Positions 23,214-31,371 are shown, counted from the stretch's first letter. The stretch is DNA of 64,000 nucleotides from a virus (IMGVR_UViG_3300028831_000395:1-64000); one strand, 5' to 3'. The notes: generated by a model not told the origin, from the letters alone. Made by a program: numbers and translations.

Positions 23214-24176
23214 TCAGGTGGCCAGCAGATGCGCGGTCGGCGTGGGGATCTCGTCCCAGGTGCGGCCGTCGAGCTCGCGGCCGTGCGACGTCGAGTTCGC
23301 GCCTCCCCACTGCTTGAAGAAGAACGCGGTGCCGCCCTCCTGCTCCTCGGGGTGCCCGGCTCCGCAGCGGTAGCAGAACACCTCGTGGTAGCGGTTCAGA
23401 TCGCCGCACTCGCAGCACCAGTCCCGCGTGGTGCACGCGTCGCGGAGGTCACGGATCCACCCCAGCTTGTGCGGCACGGGGACGCCAGCCTCATCCACGA
23501 GGCGTCTGCCGATGCGCCCGCCGGACTCGCCGCCGGCGATCAGCCAGTCGATGCCGCCGAGATGTAGCTCAGGTCCATCTCGGTCGTCGGCCCAATGCGT
23601 CATGCCGTCCCCGGCCATCGCGTCATCGCTCGGCTCGCCCGGGTCGTGCGCGTCGTGCAGTAGCGGCCCGAGCAGCGGCTCGGCGGAGATGAACCGGCGT
23701 ACAGCCGGGACGGCGCGCAGCATGTCGGCGCGGTCGACCTGGCTGCGGGTGCCGATCGTGACGCCCATCCACACGTTCGGCCAGCCGTCGCCCCAATCGG
23801 CGGGGAGGTGCTCGAGGATGCGCTCGGGGCGGCTCGTCAGGATCTGATACGTCGACCCTGGGGTCTGGCGGATGATGTCCCACGCCTCGTCGCGCCACTC
23901 GTCGGCGTCTGCGTGAAACCAGTCCGACCAGCTGCACGTGAACACGAGGTGCTGGCCGTGCTCGGCGACGCAGCGCTCGCGGACCTCCTCCCACTTGCGC
24001 GACAGCGGCATGCGGAACACCGGCCGGCTGCAGCGCGTCACGACGGACGGGTCGCGGCCGTACCGGCGCTGCGCCGTGAACATGTAGCACCGAGCGCACG
24101 TCGGATCGACCTTCGTGCAGCCCCGCCAGGGGTTCCAGGTGCTGTGCGTCCAGGCGATCGCCGTCTTGAGACCCAT
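23214..24176 (-). CDS. Phage Gp37/Gp68 family protein (DUF5131)
   Basis: N-terminus TAIAWTHSTWNPWRGCTKVDPTCARCY is the family signature. Confidence 0.8.
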   Translation of the reverse strand: MGLKTAIAWTHSTWNPWRGCTKVDPTCARCYMFTAQRRYGRDPSVVTRCSRPVFRMPLSRKWEEVRERCVAEHGQHLVFTCSWSDWFHADADEWRDEAWDIIRQTPGSTYQILTSRPERILEHLPADWGDGWPNVWMGVTIGTRSQVDRADMLRAVPAVRRFISAEPLLGPLLHDAHDPGEPSDDAMAGDGMTHWADDRDGPELHLGGIDWLIAGGESGGRIGRRLVDEAGVPVPHKLGWIRDLRDACTTRDWCCECGDLNRYHEVFCYRCGAGHPEEQEGGTAFFFKQWGGANSTSHGRELDGRTWDEIPTPTAHLLAT

Positions 24177-24683
24177 CTACGCGTCCTCTCCCTCTCGTGG
24201 TGACATGACCTCCGCGGCGGCGACGATCTCTACGCCGAGCTCGAACAGCGCTCGTGAGATCGGCTCCCCCCCGACGCGCGAGGTGTACTCCTGGTAGGCG
24301 CGGTCGAGGAGTTCCGGGTCGTGCATGACGGTCGTGGCGGGCCCGAACTGCAGGGTGCCGGTGGCCTCGTCCTCTCGGGTGCGCTGCCCGGTGCCCTTCG
24401 GGACGCGTCCGTGGCCGCCGCAGTGCTCACACCTGACAGCGGCGTTGCCGGGATGCCCGTCGTCGCAGTGCGATCCGTCGCCGTGGCACTCGTCGCACTC
24501 GTCGCTGACGGCCATGAGCGTGTCGTACGTGCCGACGGGGTTGGACTCGCGGCCATGGCAGGCAAGCGCGAAGTACACCGCGGACGCGGGCAGCTCGCTC
24601 ACCGCGCCGATGCACGAGTCGATTCCGCTCGCGGCCCATTCCTCGAGGTCGCGGCGAACATCGATGAGGCTCTCATCGTTCAT
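24177..24683 (-). CDS. Protein with DnaJ-type CxxCxGxG zinc-finger motifs (168 aa)
   Basis: CDECHGDG and CEHCGGHG. Confidence 0.55.
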   Translation of the reverse strand: MNDESLIDVRRDLEEWAASGIDSCIGAVSELPASAVYFALACHGRESNPVGTYDTLMAVSDECDECHGDGSHCDDGHPGNAAVRCEHCGGHGRVPKGTGQRTREDEATGTLQFGPATTVMHDPELLDRAYQEYTSRVGGEPISRALFELGVEIVAAAEVMSPREGEDA

Positions 24684-24942
24684 GCTCCACCTCTCTGGTC
24701 GTGTCGTCTACCTCGCCTGCGTCGTGTAGGCGCTCCCACTCGAGGTCGAGCGGGGTGGGGTACGTCTCGCCGCCGCCGCCGCGCACGGCGTGCGGGGTGC
24801 CGAACTCGCTGATCCGCATGAGTGTGGGCCCGTCGACTGGCACGTCCACGATGACGCGCCCGCCGTCGCGGTGGTCGGCGTAGATGCCCTTCGTGACGCC
24901 GCCGGCCCAGAGGATCTCGACGCGGTCGCAGGAGTCCATCAT
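24673..24942 (-). CDS. Hypothetical protein (89 aa)
   Basis: Start at MMDSCDRVEILW, ATGA-coupled. Confidence 0.5.
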   Translation of the reverse strand: MMDSCDRVEILWAGGVTKGIYADHRDGGRVIVDVPVDGPTLMRISEFGTPHAVRGGGGETYPTPLDLEWERLHDAGEVDDTTREVEHER

Positions 24943-25259
24943 GTCCCGCCGAGCGCGCAGGGACGCTTCTCGCGGCCACCCTCGGCCTTGCCGTGGTAGG
25001 CGCCGCAGGAGCACAGGTAGACGCGGTGACCGGCGTAGACGAGGCGCCCGCCGGTGTGCTCGTACAGCGCGCAGCCGCTGCGTGGTTCCGACGCGGTCGT
25101 GCCGCCGACGGAGAACACGGGGCGTTGCCCGAGCAGCGGGCGCAGGACGCCGGCGTCGGTGGTCAGCTTGCGCGAGACCCACGTGTACTTCCCGGCGGTC
25201 GGTGTGACGGCGAACCCGTCGAGCGGGCCGCCGTCGCAGGTGAGGGGTCCTCTAGGCAT
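24939..25259 (-). CDS. Hypothetical protein (106 aa)
   Basis: Protein-like; CSCGAYHG. Confidence 0.45.
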   Translation of the reverse strand: MPRGPLTCDGGPLDGFAVTPTAGKYTWVSRKLTTDAGVLRPLLGQRPVFSVGGTTASEPRSGCALYEHTGGRLVYAGHRVYLCSCGAYHGKAEGGREKRPCALGGT

Positions 25260-25398
25260 CGCGGTTGACGACCTCCCACCTGCACGACCCGCAGAACGGG
25301 CAGCGGGTCGTGCGGGTGCGCATCGCGTGGACGGTCGAGACCCACGGGCTGCAGCACTCCTGCGCCAGGCAGCGCAGGCCCAGCATGAGCAGCGCCAT
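25252..25398 (-). CDS. Small Cys-rich protein (48 aa)
   Basis: MALLMLGLRCLAQECCSPWV...RCPFCGSCRW. Confidence 0.4.
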   Translation of the reverse strand: MALLMLGLRCLAQECCSPWVSTVHAMRTRTTRCPFCGSCRWEVVNRDA

Positions 25399-25400
25399 CG

Positions 25401-26375
25401 TCAGCCGACGATCGCGGCGAGCTTCTCGCCGACGCCGTCGCCGCCCTCGGCGATGACGCGCTGCACCTCCTCGTGACGCTCGGCCAGGTCCGGCCAGCGA
25501 CGCTCGGCCCACGCGACGAGCTGGTCGGCGCGCTCGACGAGGTCCTGCCCGCGGTAGTGCGAGGCGAGCTCGAGGACGCGCGCGGGATCGTCGTAGAGGC
25601 CGTCGTGGGCGCGCTCGACGATCTCGGTCAGCAGGCGCGGCAGGTCGTCCTCGGCGGTCTCGAGCGCCTCGCCGGTGCCGCGCAGCGACCGGATGATCTG
25701 TCGTGCGGCGGCGACGGCGCTGTCCTCGGCGTTCTGGTCGACGGCCTTCGTCTGGGCGGGCGCGAGGACGCGCGCGTCGGGCTTGCGCATGTCGGCGGCG
25801 AAGACGATGCCGTTGAGGACGAAGACGTCCTGGCCGGTCGAGTCGTCCTTGCGCACGCGGATGACGCCGAAGCGCTGCCGGCTCCGGACGGAGAACTTGA
25901 CGAGCATCGCGGCCTTCTCGTCGCGCAGCGCGCGCATGATCGTGCGCATGGGGCGGTCGAAGCCGGGGTCGGGCTGCACGTAGAAGGTGCCCGTCAGGCG
26001 GTCGGTCGGCACGAGGCGGTAGTCGATGAACTCGAGCAGGTCGACGGTGTCGAGATGCGTCGCGGCGTGCGCGTAGTCGATCTCCGACTGCGGGACGACG
26101 CGGAAGTCGTCGCCGACGCGGACGCCCTTCACGGCCTCCGCGATGACCTCGGGCACCTCGACGACCTCGAGGTCCTCGACGGTCGTGGCCTCGGGGTCCT
26201 TCGCCTCGTAGAGCTTGCGGACGCGCTCGGGGTGCGCGTACTGCTGCACGCGCGACGTGCCGTCGGGAAAGGCGGTGTCGAACCTGACGTCGGTCGAGCC
26301 GGTCGCGGCGGCGATGCCGACGGGGATCTTGAGCAGCTCGCCGAGTACGAGCGTGGTCCTGGTTACTGCGCGCAT
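25401..26375 (-). CDS. ku: Ku-like DNA end-binding protein
   Basis: LGELLKIPVGIAAATGSTDVRF, VKGVRVGDDFRVV, LEFIDYRLVPTDRLTGTFYVQPD, MRALRDEKAAMLVKFSVRSRQRFGVIR follow the bacterial Ku core pattern. Confidence 0.7.
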   Translation of the reverse strand: MRAVTRTTLVLGELLKIPVGIAAATGSTDVRFDTAFPDGTSRVQQYAHPERVRKLYEAKDPEATTVEDLEVVEVPEVIAEAVKGVRVGDDFRVVPQSEIDYAHAATHLDTVDLLEFIDYRLVPTDRLTGTFYVQPDPGFDRPMRTIMRALRDEKAAMLVKFSVRSRQRFGVIRVRKDDSTGQDVFVLNGIVFAADMRKPDARVLAPAQTKAVDQNAEDSAVAAARQIIRSLRGTGEALETAEDDLPRLLTEIVERAHDGLYDDPARVLELASHYRGQDLVERADQLVAWAERRWPDLAERHEEVQRVIAEGGDGVGEKLAAIVG

Positions 26376-26397
26376 GGCGGTGGCCTCCGTAGCCGTA

Positions 26398-26422
26398 GGG
26401 GTTGCGCCGCAGAGTGTAGCGG
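26398..26422 (-). promoter_or_regulatory. Conserved phage promoter/leader motif, copy 7
   Basis: Minus strand reads CCGCTACACTCTGCGGCGCAACCCC, upstream of ATG 26375. Confidence 0.6.
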
Positions 26423-26497
26423 ACGGGGTCGTCGCAGGCTACCCCGTCGGATGGTGCGTGTGGGTGCACGCAACGGGCGGCGGTAGCGTCTGCGTCC

Positions 26498-26908
26498 ATG
26501 GTCGTCTCGGTCATCGCGGCGGTGTCGAGCAGCATCGGGATACTGATCGGGGCGGCGGTCTCGGTCGGCGGGATGGTCGGCGGCGCGATCGCGTTCGTGC
26601 TCCGGTACAAGCGGACCGATGAGGGCGAGCACGTCAAGCAGCAGAGCCAGGTCCTGGCCGACGCGATGGGCGTCTACGAGAAGCTGCAGCGAACGCTCAC
26701 GCAGACCGAGGAGCAGCTCTCCGCCGCGAAGATCGAGCGTGACGCCGCCAAGGCCGAGCGAGACGCGGCGAAGGCCGAGCGAGACGAGGCGACCGCGGAG
26801 CGCGAGCGGATGCGTGTGCAAGTCGAGTCGCTGACGGCCGAGGTGTCGAGCCTGACCGAGAAGGTGGACACTTTGCAAACGACGCTTGAGCAGGTGAGGG
26901 ACCGATGA
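26498..26908 (+). CDS. Membrane-anchored coiled-coil protein (136 aa)
   Basis: N-terminal TM then heptad-like repeats AKIERDAAKAERDAAKAERDEATAERE. Confidence 0.65.
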   Translation: MVVSVIAAVSSSIGILIGAAVSVGGMVGGAIAFVLRYKRTDEGEHVKQQSQVLADAMGVYEKLQRTLTQTEEQLSAAKIERDAAKAERDAAKAERDEATAERERMRVQVESLTAEVSSLTEKVDTLQTTLEQVRDR

Positions 26909-27699
26909 GCACGAACGGCAGCGACATCCGCGATGCGGTCAAGATGCTCGGCGCGTCGATCGCCAGGGCTCACGCCTACATAAAGATCCTCGGCATCGGC
27001 GTCCTGTTCTGCATGGTCATCGTCGGCGCCGGCGTCGCGATCAACGGCTGCAACGCGCTGAGGGCGAACGACAGGGCGAACGCCGCGCAGGAGCAGAGCG
27101 CGAACGCCCAGGGCCAGACCGCCGACACGATCGCGTGCCTGCGCACGACGCGCTCGCAGACCCGATCTCGCGATCGATGCCTGCGTCAGATCGAAACCCA
27201 GGTGACCGCGCCTGGCAAGCCCGGCGCGTCTGGCCGCCGAGGCGCGACGGGCGCCACGGGTCCCATCGGTCTCAAGGGCGACGAGGGCGAGAAGGGCGAT
27301 ACCGGCGCGACCGGGCCGCGCGGGCCGCAGGGGCTACCGGGAACGCAGGGCGTGCAGGGCGCGAAGGGCGACAAGGGGGACCCCGGGGACGCGGGGACCA
27401 GCCCCCCGCCAGCTCCCGCGAGGCCACCGACGCGACCACCGGATCAGCGACCCGACCGCCCGGGAGACCGCCCCCCGCCCGACGAGCCGCCTCGGCGACC
27501 GCCGCCCGGCATGCAGGGACCTCGAGGCGAGAAGGGCGACCCGGGGGAGAAGGGCGAGAAGGGCGATACCGGGCAGCCTGGTGCGCCGGGCACGGTCGTG
27601 CTGTCGATCGAGACGGCGTGCCCCAACGGGCTCGGCGGCGGCCTGACGCCGGGCGTCGCGACGGACCCCGACGGCGACGGGAACTTCACCTGCCCGTAG
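26905..27699 (+). CDS. Membrane-anchored collagen-like (G-X-Y) repeat protein (264 aa)
   Basis: TM ILGIGVLFCMVIVGAGVAI. About 20 G-X-Y triplets, a Pro-rich linker, about 9 more triplets, then a C-terminal globular tail. ATGA-coupled. Confidence 0.8.
   Translation: MSTNGSDIRDAVKMLGASIARAHAYIKILGIGVLFCMVIVGAGVAINGCNALRANDRANAAQEQSANAQGQTADTIACLRTTRSQTRSRDRCLRQIETQVTAPGKPGASGRRGATGATGPIGLKGDEGEKGDTGATGPRGPQGLPGTQGVQGAKGDKGDPGDAGTSPPPAPARPPTRPPDQRPDRPGDRPPPDEPPRRPPPGMQGPRGEKGDPGEKGEKGDTGQPGAPGTVVLSIETACPNGLGGGLTPGVATDPDGDGNFTCP
27214..27591 (+). repeat. Collagen G-X-Y triplet-repeat coding region (two blocks, 27214-27396 and 27508-27591)
   Basis: GKPGASGRRGATGATGPIGLKGDEGEKGDTGATGPRGPQGLPGTQGVQGAKGDKGDPGDAG and GMQGPRGEKGDPGEKGEKGDTGQPGAPG. 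Confidence 0.8.
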
Positions 27700-27705
27700 A
27701 ACGAA

Positions 27706-27738
27706 CAGAGCCGCCCCGTCCGATGCGAGGCGGCTCTG
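27706..27738. terminator. Bidirectional hairpin terminator (10-bp stem)
   Basis: CAGAGCCGCC-13 nt-GGCGGCTCTG between convergent genes (stops at 27699 + and 27805 -). Confidence 0.65.
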
Positions 27739-27804
27739 CGACGCGGAGGTCGTCGCTGCGCGGCCGACTGGTCTAGGGGGAGGAGTCGGCCGCCGAGCGA
27801 GACC

Positions 27805-28134
27805 TTACACCGACGCCGGCTCGGTGTCCCGCAGTCTCTGCTCCTTGAACGCCTCGAGCACGTCGCGCGTCCAGAGCGTCCATGTGCCGGCGCTGCCGAG
27901 GTCCTGCCACGCCGGCGGCATGATGCCCTCGCGCTTCCATCGCGACACGGTCGTGCGGTTGACGCCGAGGAATTCCGCGGCCTGCGCGGGCCCGAAGAGG
28001 TCCTCGGGACGCAGGACCGCGGCGCCGTCGCGCAGCAGAGCGAGAGCCTCGCGGAGCGCCTCGACCTCCGTGGGCTCGGGCGCGTCGCCGCTGACGACGA
28101 CGGCGAGGGCCTCTGTGAGCGTGTCGGTCCTCAT
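27805..28134 (-). CDS. Helix-turn-helix (excisionase/MerR-like) DNA-binding protein
   Basis: GPAQAAEFLGVNRTTVSRWKREGIMP. Confidence 0.6.
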   Translation of the reverse strand: MRTDTLTEALAVVVSGDAPEPTEVEALREALALLRDGAAVLRPEDLFGPAQAAEFLGVNRTTVSRWKREGIMPPAWQDLGSAGTWTLWTRDVLEAFKEQRLRDTEPASV

Positions 28135-28253
28135 ACGACGAATCCCCCCCGGCGCCGTGCGCGCCGACGGCTGCGGATCATGCGGGCGCGCGGGACCGCG
28201 AGGCAGGCGATCGCAGCGATGCCGGCGGCGGTCAGGATCGGGGCGAGTTCCAT
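28131..28253 (-). CDS. Small membrane protein (40 aa, not in ORF track)
   Basis: MELAPILTAAGIAAIACLAVPRARMIRSRRRARRRGGFVV. GAGGAG lies before the ATG. ATGA overlap with the next gene. Confidence 0.4.
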   Translation of the reverse strand: MELAPILTAAGIAAIACLAVPRARMIRSRRRARRRGGFVV

Positions 28254-28275
28254 CGGAGGGTGTTCTCCTCGGTCG

Positions 28276-28301
28276 GGGGTTCGTGCCGCAAAGGTTAGCG
28301 C
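28276..28301 (-). promoter_or_regulatory. Conserved promoter/leader motif, copy 8 (degenerate)
   Basis: Minus strand reads GCGCTAACCTTTGCGGCACGAACCCC. Overlaps the stop codon of the RuvC-like gene. Confidence 0.45.
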
Positions 28302-28918
28302 AGCTTACGGTCGCGTGACCACCGGATAGCGGCGCACGTAGCGACGCCGAGACAGTCCGCTTCGTCGTGCGCTCGAGCGGCCTCGTCGCAGGGCCCCTTG
28401 CCCTCGCCGTGACACTTGCGGCAGTCGCCGGGGTACCAGAGCGTCTCGCGCGCCCAGGCGAGGATCGCGGGCTTCTTCGCGAAGCCCCTGCCGGCGCCGA
28501 GCGCGTCGCACTTCCAGCTCGTCGGCTCGACGACGTCGATGCGGGCCGCGGGGAAGGCCTGGCCGAGCAGCGCCAGCGCGATAGCGACGACGTAGTAGCT
28601 CTGCGGGTGAGGCCGCGCTTTGCCCTGTCCGTAGGGCTGCTCGACGAGGACGCCGGCGGGCGGCGCGACGTCGCCCATGCGCTGCAGGAACGGCGGGAGC
28701 GTCTCGAGCAGCCGTGCGAGGCGTCGCGCGGGATCGCCGGCGTGCTGCTCGATCTCGTGGGAGAACCATCCGACCTCGGGCTGCCGGTCGGGGCCGTGGC
28801 CCTGCACGACGCCGACCGCGATCCGCCTCGTCGAGACGTCGAGGCCCCAGACGTTCTCGGTCAGCCGGCACGACAGCGGCGGGACCTCTATGCCCGGCAG
28901 CGTCAGGATGTCAGCCAC
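28295..28918 (-). CDS. RuvC-like Holliday-junction resolvase
   Basis: VWGLDVSTRRIAVGVV (first catalytic Asp strand) and AHDEADCLGVA (DxADA-like) motifs. Confidence 0.65.
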   Translation of the reverse strand: MADILTLPGIEVPPLSCRLTENVWGLDVSTRRIAVGVVQGHGPDRQPEVGWFSHEIEQHAGDPARRLARLLETLPPFLQRMGDVAPPAGVLVEQPYGQGKARPHPQSYYVVAIALALLGQAFPAARIDVVEPTSWKCDALGAGRGFAKKPAILAWARETLWYPGDCRKCHGEGKGPCDEAARAHDEADCLGVATCAAIRWSRDRKLR

Positions 28919-29120
28919 TCCGGTAGCTCGCCCGCGACTCGCTCAGCCGCTCCTCGTGCTCGGGCAGCAGCGTCCCGTCGTCGTCGAACTCGACGAGGAT
29001 CATCCGAACGGTGCTTGGGTGGTCTGCGTCGAGGAACGATCCGCCGCACATCGCGGTTACGCTCAGCGGCTCCTCTCGGCGGCAGAACGGGCACATCATC
29101 GCCTCGCGGTAGCGGGCCAT
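28911..29120 (-). CDS. Hypothetical CxxC protein (69 aa)
   Basis: MARYREAMMCPFCRREE...; TGATG-coupled start at 29120. Confidence 0.45.
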   Translation of the reverse strand: MARYREAMMCPFCRREEPLSVTAMCGGSFLDADHPSTVRMILVEFDDDGTLLPEHEERLSESRASYRSG

Positions 29121-29269
29121 CAGCCCTGCGGCCGCCATGTCGGGGCGCTCGCGGCGATGGCGCGCCTGATCGCCTGGTCGCCGCGCTGACGCATCCACGT
29201 CGACATCACGGCGGCCATGATCAGGAGGTGGCGCGGATGCTGCCTGGATACGAGGTCGATGGTCCGCAC
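29120..29269 (-). CDS. Possible small protein (49 aa)
   Basis: GTG start with a 1-nt overlap on the upstream TAG. Supported only by the coupling pattern. Confidence 0.3.
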   Translation of the reverse strand: MRTIDLVSRQHPRHLLIMAAVMSTWMRQRGDQAIRRAIAASAPTWRPQG

Positions 29270-29475
29270 TAGAACCCGAAGTCCTCGGGCGAGCCGGGCG
29301 TGATCTTCGTCTCCTCGACGGCGCCGTGCGGGAGACCGGTGAGCTCGAGGCAGACCACGCACTGCGCCTCGACGGGGACCTTGGGCCCGGGGTCCTCGAC
29401 GAGCTTGAGGTCCCCGCCGCAGTGACACCGCGCGATCGTCGGTGCGCCCGCCGGCCAGAACTGCAGCGTCGTCAC
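29269..29475 (-). CDS. Zinc-ribbon-like small protein (68 aa)
   Basis: CHCGG ... CVVC. Confidence 0.5.
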   Translation of the reverse strand: MTTLQFWPAGAPTIARCHCGGDLKLVEDPGPKVPVEAQCVVCLELTGLPHGAVEETKITPGSPEDFGF

Positions 29476-29478
29476 GGG

Positions 29479-30231
29479 TCAGCTCGCTCGCGGCAGCGCG
29501 CCGATGACGGCGTCGACCGCGGCGCCGAGGTGCTTTGCGTCGTGGCGGCGTCGAGGCCCATCCTCGGCCCTGGCCTGCTCGAGGCGGCGAAGCGTCGGTG
29601 GGCCGGCGATCATGGCGATGGCGCGCGACTCGACGGCGCGCGTGGCGAACGTCTGCCACTTGACGCGCATCTGCGACTCGATCGTCGCGGCGTCGCGGCC
29701 GCCCTGCCCGACGGTGTCGATCTCGCCCCACGTGACGAAGCCCTCCTCAATGAACTCCCGCACGAGCGGGTGCAGCTCGTCGGCGGCGCGGCGCGCGGCG
29801 AGCATCTCGGGGCGACAGCGGCACGGACTCGCGTCCCTCGAGGTTGGATCGTCGAACCCCGCGAACCCCGTGCCGTCGCACTCCCCGTACGGGCACTCCC
29901 ACGCGGTCGCCTCGCTGCGGGCCCGCTCGATGGCGTCCTGGCGCAGGATCAGCGACCGCTTGACGTCGGCCCAATCCGGCGCCCCGACCTGCAGCCGAGC
30001 GACCTCGCGGACGACGTCGCCGGCCGGCGGCGCGAACTCACGTCCGGAGCGCTTGAGGACCTCGACGGCGGCCGCGGCCTCGGCGGGGTCCAGCGTCGCG
30101 ACGTCGGTCGCGTACTGCCGGCGATGCTCGTCGTTGAACCGCGAGCTCGGGAAGCTGTCCTCGACGAGGGCGACTATCTCGAGCGCGGCGGCGAGGCGCT
30201 CGCGGTCTGCTGCGGTCGGTGCGGCGGTCAC
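29479..30231 (-). CDS. Hypothetical replication-module protein (250 aa)
   Basis: Protein-like; WECPYGECDGTGF Cys cluster. Lies downstream of the initiator-like gene. Confidence 0.6.
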   Translation of the reverse strand: MTAAPTAADRERLAAALEIVALVEDSFPSSRFNDEHRRQYATDVATLDPAEAAAAVEVLKRSGREFAPPAGDVVREVARLQVGAPDWADVKRSLILRQDAIERARSEATAWECPYGECDGTGFAGFDDPTSRDASPCRCRPEMLAARRAADELHPLVREFIEEGFVTWGEIDTVGQGGRDAATIESQMRVKWQTFATRAVESRAIAMIAGPPTLRRLEQARAEDGPRRRHDAKHLGAAVDAVIGALPRAS

Positions 30232-31061
30232 TGTGGTTCACCTCGGAGCTCTGCGGCCATGCTCCGAAGTCTGGACGATCCGGTGGACGAACCTGCCGCA
30301 GAGTGTCGCATCGCACCGGCCGGCAACGGTGGCCCGGCCATCGGCTCGGCGCCCTCGAGGAACCGGCGGTACCGCGCGACGATGTCGGCGCACGACTGCG
30401 TCGCGCCCTTGCCGTGCAAGACCCACGCCTCGACGTTGCGCGCCACGGTGACGTGGTCTCGATCGGCGAACGTCAGCACGGCGTGCCCGACCGCGGCGCG
30501 TGTCACCACCCGCTTCTGGCGTCGCTCAAGCGCCGCCCGCTTGAGGATTTTCCCGGCCTGCACGGCGACGTCGTGCAGGTGCGCCGGCAGCTCATCGGGG
30601 AAGGCGTCCTCGCGCGCGGTTTCCTTCTTGCCGTTGGCAGGTGATTCCACAGGTTGACTCTGGGCCGGCGGGTTTCCGCCGCTAGGTTGACCGATTTCCG
30701 CCGGTAGACCCCCCGGCGGGTTTCCGCCGCTAGGTTCGAGGTCGCCGACCTCGCGTTCTCCGATGATTCCCGAGTAGGCGTCGAGGTCGAGCGGCTCGGT
30801 TCGCGGCCAGTTGAGCACGAGCAGATCGCTCGTCCTCGACCCGTTCAGGCGATGGCGTCGGTAGCGCGTCACGAGGCCGTCAGCGGCCAGCGCCGGGAGG
30901 TGCTCGCGGACCCACCGCGGGTCCTTCCCGATGCGCCCGCCGATGACCTTCTGGCTCTTGAAGGTGACGCCCTGGTCGTCGGAGATCCATGCGAGCGCGA
31001 CGAGCAGAAGTTTCTTCGTGGCGCTCAGGTCTTGCACGAGCGCCCAATCAACGAGATTCAC
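30228..31061 (-). CDS. Replication initiator / replisome-organiser-like winged-helix protein
   Basis: GTG in a GTGA overlap. N-terminal wHTH LLLVALAWISDDQGVTFKSQKVIGGRIGKDPRWVREHLPALAADGLV. Iterons lie in the linker region. Confidence 0.45.
   Translation of the reverse strand: MNLVDWALVQDLSATKKLLLVALAWISDDQGVTFKSQKVIGGRIGKDPRWVREHLPALAADGLVTRYRRHRLNGSRTSDLLVLNWPRTEPLDLDAYSGIIGEREVGDLEPSGGNPPGGLPAEIGQPSGGNPPAQSQPVESPANGKKETAREDAFPDELPAHLHDVAVQAGKILKRAALERRQKRVVTRAAVGHAVLTFADRDHVTVARNVEAWVLHGKGATQSCADIVARYRRFLEGAEPMAGPPLPAGAMRHSAAGSSTGSSRLRSMAAELRGEPQ
30665..30736. repeat. Iteron-like direct repeats inside the initiator-like gene
   Basis: CCGGCGGGTTTCCGCCGCTAGGTT occurs at 30665-30688 and, identically, at 30713-30736. 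A degenerate middle copy GATTTCCGCCGGTAG lies at 30693-30707. Confidence 0.7.
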
Positions 31062-31258
31062 GCCGGCACCGGCCGCGTTGTGCGGGGCAGCGCCTCGCGG
31101 GTCGTCTTCTCGACCCACGGCTCATCGCACGCCGGCGAGTCTCTCAGGTGCGCTTCGGCGAGCTCGTCGGCGAGCTCGAGCGCGGCGCGGCGCTCGGTCG
31201 CGCTCAGCGTCGCGCGCCAGCTGCAGGCGCACTGCACCGCGTAGGTGTTCTCCGCCAT
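31058..31258 (-). CDS. Hypothetical protein (66 aa)
   Basis: MAENTYAVQCACSWRATLSATERRAALELADELAEAHL. Confidence 0.5.
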   Translation of the reverse strand: MAENTYAVQCACSWRATLSATERRAALELADELAEAHLRDSPACDEPWVEKTTREALPRTTRPVPA

Positions 31259-31327
31259 CGGTGTCCTACCTTTCCGCCGACGGGCTGCGTACAGTCCCGC
31301 GGGCGTCGTCATAGATGTGTCTCCGGC

Positions 31328-31358
31328 GAAGGGGTGGCCCGCCACAGGCCACCCCTTC
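31328..31358 (-). terminator. Hairpin terminator (12-bp perfect stem)
   Basis: GAAGGGGTGGCC-7 nt-GGCCACCCCTTC, 14 nt after the stop of the 31372 gene. Confidence 0.65.
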
Positions 31359-31371
31359 GTGCTTTCCGTGG

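Noticed and set aside
27805-28253. Excisionase-like HTH gene plus a small TM gene, considered as a marker of an integration module or attachment site.
   Set aside because: No tyrosine or serine integrase, tRNA or att-like repeat lies nearby or anywhere in the window. The HTH alone is not diagnostic of an excisionase.
31271-31279. A fourth TTTCCGCCG core outside the iteron cluster.
   Set aside because: It is a single 9-mer that overlaps the likely ribosome-binding region (GGAAAGG on the coding strand) of the 31058-31258 gene. It may be coincidental.
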